NCBI GenBank assembly: GCA_964016885.1
Contig: OZ024742.1
Span: forward strand, 230,268,001 to 230,332,000
DNA from: Eledone cirrhosa
Lineage: Eukaryota
Direction of reading: 5' to 3'
DNA length: 64,000 bases
Positions 58,501-64,000 of the stretch are shown here, in pieces. Both the position numbers and the translations under genes were made by a program. Below the pieces are notes generated by a model. It was not told where the DNA came from. It did not search any database and saw only the letters and a program-made list of their open reading frames with translations. Every line of letters begins with the position of its first letter. Within the stretch, counting starts at the first letter, position 1.

Positions 58501-59523
58501 TAAGTGCCTATTGTGGAGATGTCTTAATGTTTTAAATAGTAATGAAGCTTCTACCTAAATATTATATAAACCAAATATCTCTATTATGCAACGATAACAT
58601 AGTATAATGTGTCTCTGTGTGTGTTTTAGATCTCCTTCCGTTCCGATTACGAGTGTTCCGGTTCTCGAATAACGAGACAACTTGCTTATAAAATTAATGT
58701 GTATGTACATTTCCACAGATACGTGTGCGCTGAATGCAGCTTTCAGAATGATTCAACATTACACATGGTGTGATAATGTTGGCGCTTTGAATTACTGGTA
58801 CATCTCATTTGTATGAGCTTAGTGAACTAGAGCAATGTGAAATAAAGTGTCTTGCCCCAGGACATTATGCCCCCCCCCCCCAAAAAAAAAAAATCAAACA
58901 TACAATAGTAAAATCGTGAGCCGAACACCTTACCCACTAAGCCGTCCCTTCGTTATAGGTTAGTTTAGATTATGTCAAGCATCGTGGTTAATATTGTGTT
59001 GGAAAAACCAATACAATGCATGTTAGAAATAAAGGAGTGAAAACAGTAGAGAAACAAAATAAGTTTACACTTGAACCTTTTGTCTCGTAATCTTAGGGGT
59101 TATGAAAAAAAGTACCTAACCTCATAATATGAAATAATTGTTTCTACTTTAGGCACAAGGCCAGCAATTACCCAGTGCATTACTGGTACTTTATTTTATC
59201 GACCCCGTAAGGATGAAAGGCAAAGTCAACCCCAGGAAAACTGTAAACTATTGTTTTATTCCCCTAAAATTACTTGTATTTAACTCTTATATTTCTAACT
59301 TTAGTGATGTTCCCAACACAATCTTAAATACTAGATATTTATCTTTAATAAATATTATAAGAGTTTACTTAAACTTAGTCTTTTCCTGAAGATAACCCTT
59401 TTCTTATAAATAGCATTGGACTTTGATCAATTTCACACGTATAACATAGCCACTCGGCATCCTACTATGTATTGGATACTACTAACATTTGTGGTCTTCC
59501 CAGTCCCGTACCGCAGACTATCA

Positions 59524-59625
<102 letters not shown>

Positions 59626-59908
59626 CATTTCTGTCAACAACTTACTGGCGAAACAGATCTCTTTGGATTTGTACGTGTGTTATATAGTTATAGAGGTATT
59701 TATTTACGCTTTAATTTATACTTTTAATTATCGTGTCTTTGGTCTGCTTTTCATAGGTTATGGATTCATATTTTATTGATAGCGCACTGTATCTCTCTCT
59801 AATGTGTTACCTTTTCAACATATTGTATTTTAAAGAGCTCAGGATTTCCTCTCCTTTGAGCACATTATTTACAAGGAATGGCGAGAGTCTAATGCTCCGT
59901 TAATTTAT

Positions 59909-59978
<70 letters not shown>

Positions 59979-60068
59979 AGTTTATGTTGGTTGTATACCA
60001 ACACCTTAGTATGCAGGCTGGAGCACTCTACGAAGTGCGCAGGTTGGTTTGGTTACTCCGGAGTAGTG

Positions 60069-60601
60069 TAAAATAAAGTTAAATAAAAGTCAAATGATTA
60101 AAATTTAGCTTCGTTTATTACTGCTATATATATTTCAGTGACAGCCATCTTTGGCCGTGACCTCTTCAGGCTATGACCTCTTTTGGCTGTGACCTCTTCC
60201 TTTAACACCTTGTCCTTTCTACCATTGGCTGTGACCTCTTCCTTTAACACCTTGTCCCTTCTACCATTTTATCAAGTTTTAAGCTAACTCCAACAAAAAC
60301 AACACTTAGAATGAGGAAGGTTCTAATAACTGACCAATGAGAGGAGAAGGGGACCTTTGACACTGAAATTCGTTTGTTTGAATTCATATGACTCCAGTTC
60401 CTCAGTGAATTAACAACCCAACAAGGAACTGGGCATATCAGAGTATTGACAATATTATACACCTAAACAACATATGTACTTGTCTATACCATACTAATTC
60501 AAACTGCCTGAAGAGGTCACAGCCAAAGATGGCTGTCACTGAAATATATATAGCAGTAATAAACGAAGCTAAATTTTAATCATTTGACTTTTATTTAAGT
60601 T

Positions 60602-60608
<7 letters not shown>
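60069..60608. mobile_element. Foldback insertion (family H), ~105-bp arms, HHR in each arm
   Basis: 60069-60173 versus 60506-60608; internal ~43-bp direct duplication at 60183-60266. Confidence 0.88.
60503..60557 (+). ncRNA. Hammerhead ribozyme (family H, intact)
   Basis: actgc-CTGAAGA-ggtcacagcca-aaga-tggctgtcact-GAAA-tatata-TA-gcagt. The minus twin at 60120-60173 has a truncated stem I. Confidence 0.88.
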
Positions 60609-60679
<71 letters not shown>

Positions 60680-60740
60680 ATATATATGTGTATGTGTGTG
60701 TGTGTGTGTGTATGTTTGTGTGTGAGTGTGCATATATAGA

Positions 60741-61385
60741 TATTAAACTTAAGCTGAAATCTCAATTTGGGAGGATACAAGCTAAACCGGCTGGAATGAG
60801 TCGGTTTTATTTATACAGTTCCCCGACATGGTTTCTGGAATGGAAAAAACAACATTAATCATTCCACGACATTGGAATAACCAATATTGGAAGAATTACA
60901 GTTCCCTCATCTGGAGGAGTAGTCTTGGCAATAAGAGAAGTTGAATACATATAATACATACCAGCTCGTTGCTAGACTGCATGGTGAACATCATGTTGCG
61001 TCGCTGAATAACTATATGAATATATCCCACTCAACGTATGAGGACAATACAACGGGCTTATATTGACGCTAGAAATAGCAGCCAAAACCCTCTAAATCTG
61101 CTCAAAAATGATGGAACGGTTAATGTTAATTTATAAAGTAAACTGTCTCTAATACGTAGATACCTCAATGAAAGGATAATATGAATTAATACATTATCTA
61201 CTCAGGTAGGGAACTGTGTAAGTAAAGCCGACTTGTAGCCGTTTTAGCTTATATCTCCCCAATTGAGATTTTGGCTTAAGTTTAATATATGTTATTACTT
61301 CTCTGAGTAGATAATTTATTAATATATCTTATCCTTTCATTGAGATGTCTACTAATTAGAGTCAGTTAACTTTATAAATTAATAT
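60741..61385. repeat. Two interleaved inverted repeat pairs between microsatellites
   Basis: 60741-60791 pairs with 61237-61289; 61126-61205 pairs with 61303-61383. Confidence 0.75.
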
Positions 61386-61399
61386 ATATATATATACAC

Positions 61400-61437
<38 letters not shown>

Positions 61438-61827
61438 GGGGAGAAAGAGAGGAAGGGAGAGAGAGGGTGGTAGAGAGTGAGTGAGAGAGAGAGAGTCTGT
61501 GGTGTTGAGACCGGGGAGACCATAAACCAGGGAAGTACGCTCTTTAATCATAAGCATCTAAAATTACGATATATTAAACTTCATTGTGTAAGTATGCATG
61601 TATACGTACATACATATATGTATACAGACGTACAGTAGCATGCACATATATATATATATATACATATATACATACATATGCATACAGGTACACATACATA
61701 TATGCACGTATCAGTTTAGCGGCGCTAACGTCGCTTTGTTCGTTTGTAAACAAACTGAACAGCCTGAATTTATGCCATACGGTGTTAAGGCAACCACGTC
61801 ACCTTTTTGTTCAACACTGACACAGGA

Positions 61828-61870
61828 ACGATGTACTAGTTTCAAGCTTGTTAGCTATCATCAGCACCGT
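61828..61870 (-). ncRNA. Hammerhead ribozyme, array unit 1
   Basis: acggtg-CTGATGA-t-agct-aaca-agct-t-GAAA-ctag-TA-catcgt. Stem I is 6 bp with one G-U, stem II 4 bp, stem III palindromic CTAG, cleavage triplet GUA. Confidence 0.85.
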
Positions 61871-62293
61871 TTACCCATCTGCCAGATAGTTGAACGTTCG
61901 AAAGTATATACTTTCCTTATGAAAATTAACGGCTGAGCAGCCTAATTTGCATATTGAGTGAGTTAAATCGGTCAGGCATACCGAAAACGATAAATTGAAA
62001 CAAAATGAAAACGAAATTTCATTTCTCACTCTTAGTATGGCACTTACTTAAATGTAAGTATGCATGTATACGTACATACATATATGTATACAGACGTACA
62101 GTAGCATGCACATATATATATATATATACATATATACATACATATGCATACAGGTACACATACATATATGCACGTATCAGTTTAGCGGCGCTAACGTCGC
62201 TTTGTTCGTTTGTAAACAAACTGAACAGCCTGAATTTATGCCATACGGTGTTAAGGCAACCACGTCACCTTTTTGTTCAACACTGACACAGGA

Positions 62294-62336
62294 ACGATGT
62301 ACTAGTTTCAAGCTTGTTAGCTATCATCAGCACCGT
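62294..62336 (-). ncRNA. Hammerhead ribozyme, array unit 2
   Basis: Identical to 61828-61870. Confidence 0.85.
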
Positions 62337-62759
62337 TTACCCATCTGCCAGATAGTTGAACGTTCGAAAGTATATACTTTCCTTATGAAAATTAACGGCT
62401 GAGCAGCCTAATTTGCATATTGAGTGAGTTAAATCGGTCAGGCATACCGAAAACGATAAATTGAAACAAAATGAAAACGAAATTTCATTTCTCACTCTTA
62501 GTATGGCACTTACTTAAATGTAAGTATGCATGTATACGTACATACATATATGTATACAGACGTACAGTAGCATGCACATATATATATATATATACATATA
62601 TACATACATATGCATACAGGTACACATACATATATGCACGTATCAGTTTAGCGGCGCTAACGTCGCTTTGTTCGTTTGTAAACAAACTGAACAGCCTGAA
62701 TTTATGCCATACGGTGTTAAGGCAACCACGTCACCTTTTTGTTCAACACTGACACAGGA

Positions 62760-62802
62760 ACGATGTACTAGTTTCAAGCTTGTTAGCTATCATCAGCACC
62801 GT
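62760..62802 (-). ncRNA. Hammerhead ribozyme, array unit 3
   Basis: Identical to 61828-61870. Confidence 0.85.
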
Positions 62803-63225
62803 TTACCCATCTGCCAGATAGTTGAACGTTCGAAAGTATATACTTTCCTTATGAAAATTAACGGCTGAGCAGCCTAATTTGCATATTGAGTGAGTTAAAT
62901 CGGTCAGGCATACCGAAAACGATAAATTGAAACAAAATGAAAACGAAATTTCATTTCTCACTCTTAGTATGGCACTTACTTAAATGTAAGTATGCATGTA
63001 TACGTACATACATATATGTATACAGACGTACAGTAGCATGCACATATATATATATATATACATATATACATACATATGCATACAGGTACACATACATATA
63101 TGCACGTATCAGTTTAGCGGCGCTAACGTCGCTTTGTTCGTTTGTAAACAAACTGAACAGCCTGAATTTATGCCATACGGTGTTAAGGCAACCACGTCAC
63201 CTTTTTGTTCAACACTGACACAGGA

Positions 63226-63268
63226 ACGATGTACTAGTTTCAAGCTTGTTAGCTATCATCAGCACCGT
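63226..63268 (-). ncRNA. Hammerhead ribozyme, array unit 4
   Basis: Identical to 61828-61870. Confidence 0.85.
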
Positions 63269-63726
63269 TTACCCATCTGCCAGATAGTTGAACGTTCGAA
63301 AGTATATACTTTCCTTATGAAAATTAACGGCTGAGCAGCCTAATTTGCATATTGAGTGAGTTAAATCGGTCAGGCATACCGAAAACGATAAATTGAAACA
63401 AAATGAAAACGAAATTTCATTTCTCACTCTTAGTATGGCACTTACTTAAATGTAAGTATGCATGTATACGTACATACATATATGTATACAGACGTACAGT
63501 AGCATGCACATATATATATATATATACATATATACATACATATGCATACAGGTAACACATAGTTAGTATAAATTTCACATATATATCTGTAAATATATGT
63601 TTAATGTGTCAATATTAGCCAAACTGATGTGATTAACGTGTGTGTAGAAGTGTGTGGGTGGTTTTCTTGTAATTGGTTACGTTATGTGTATGTATGTATG
63701 TATATATATATATGTATGTATATATG

Positions 63727-63759
<33 letters not shown>

Positions 63760-64000
63760 GTATGTATCTATCTATCTTTCTATCTTTCTATGTACGCATG
63801 TATGTATGTGTATTTATGTCTGTAAGACAGAGTTTGCGTCTGAATTTTCTTTGGGTGGTAGGTGGATACTTTTGCATCTATATATGCAAAACTGGTTTTA
63901 TTTTACGTAATTGGTATGTTTATGCGTACAAGCGTATGCATATGTGTGTATATGTGTATATCACCTTGATCACCTTGACTGACCAGTCTGTCGGGCGTCC

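Larger units (their letters stand above)
61587..63554 (-). repeat. 466-bp head-to-tail tandem array (4 full units + ~105-bp partial), one hammerhead per full unit; retrozyme-like
   Basis: Units start at 61587, 62053, 62519, 62985 and 63451. Identical ORF translations recur every 466 bp. Confidence 0.95.

Noticed and set aside
61945-61952. Octamer ATTTGCAT in each array unit as a snRNA-type promoter element
   Set aside because: An 8-mer in AT-rich DNA; no snRNA or proximal element recognised.
61584-63334. Repeated 66-112 aa ORFs in the 466-bp array; CRISPR-like array
   Set aside because: Low-complexity peptides with no motif; units are identical with no unique spacers; eukaryotic context.

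Overview
Eukaryotic, AT-rich, microsatellite-saturated intergenic/intronic DNA. The SINE repertoire and (TA)/(CA)/(GA)/(TAG) density suggest an octopod cephalopod (inference). I can support no intact host gene, and nearly all listed ORFs are simple-repeat artefacts. Recognisable elements are a frameshifted Penelope-like retroelement (RT plus C-terminal GIY-YIG, minus strand, ~44.3-47.2 kb), two RTE-LINE 3' fragments, many tRNA-derived Meta-domain SINEs, probable TTAA MITE remnants and a Gly/Ala trinucleotide satellite. The main unannotated signal is RNA-level. Minimal type I hammerhead ribozyme (HHR) motifs (stem I-CUGANGA-stem II-GAAA-short, mostly palindromic stem III-NUH-stem I') occur in at least eight unrelated sequence families. 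Most sit in short foldback insertions in (TA)n tracts, one lies in the Penelope 3' region, and one is in every unit of an apparently homogeneous 466-bp tandem array (61.6-63.55 kb) with retrozyme / ribozyme-satellite architecture. All folds were read by eye and activity is untested.
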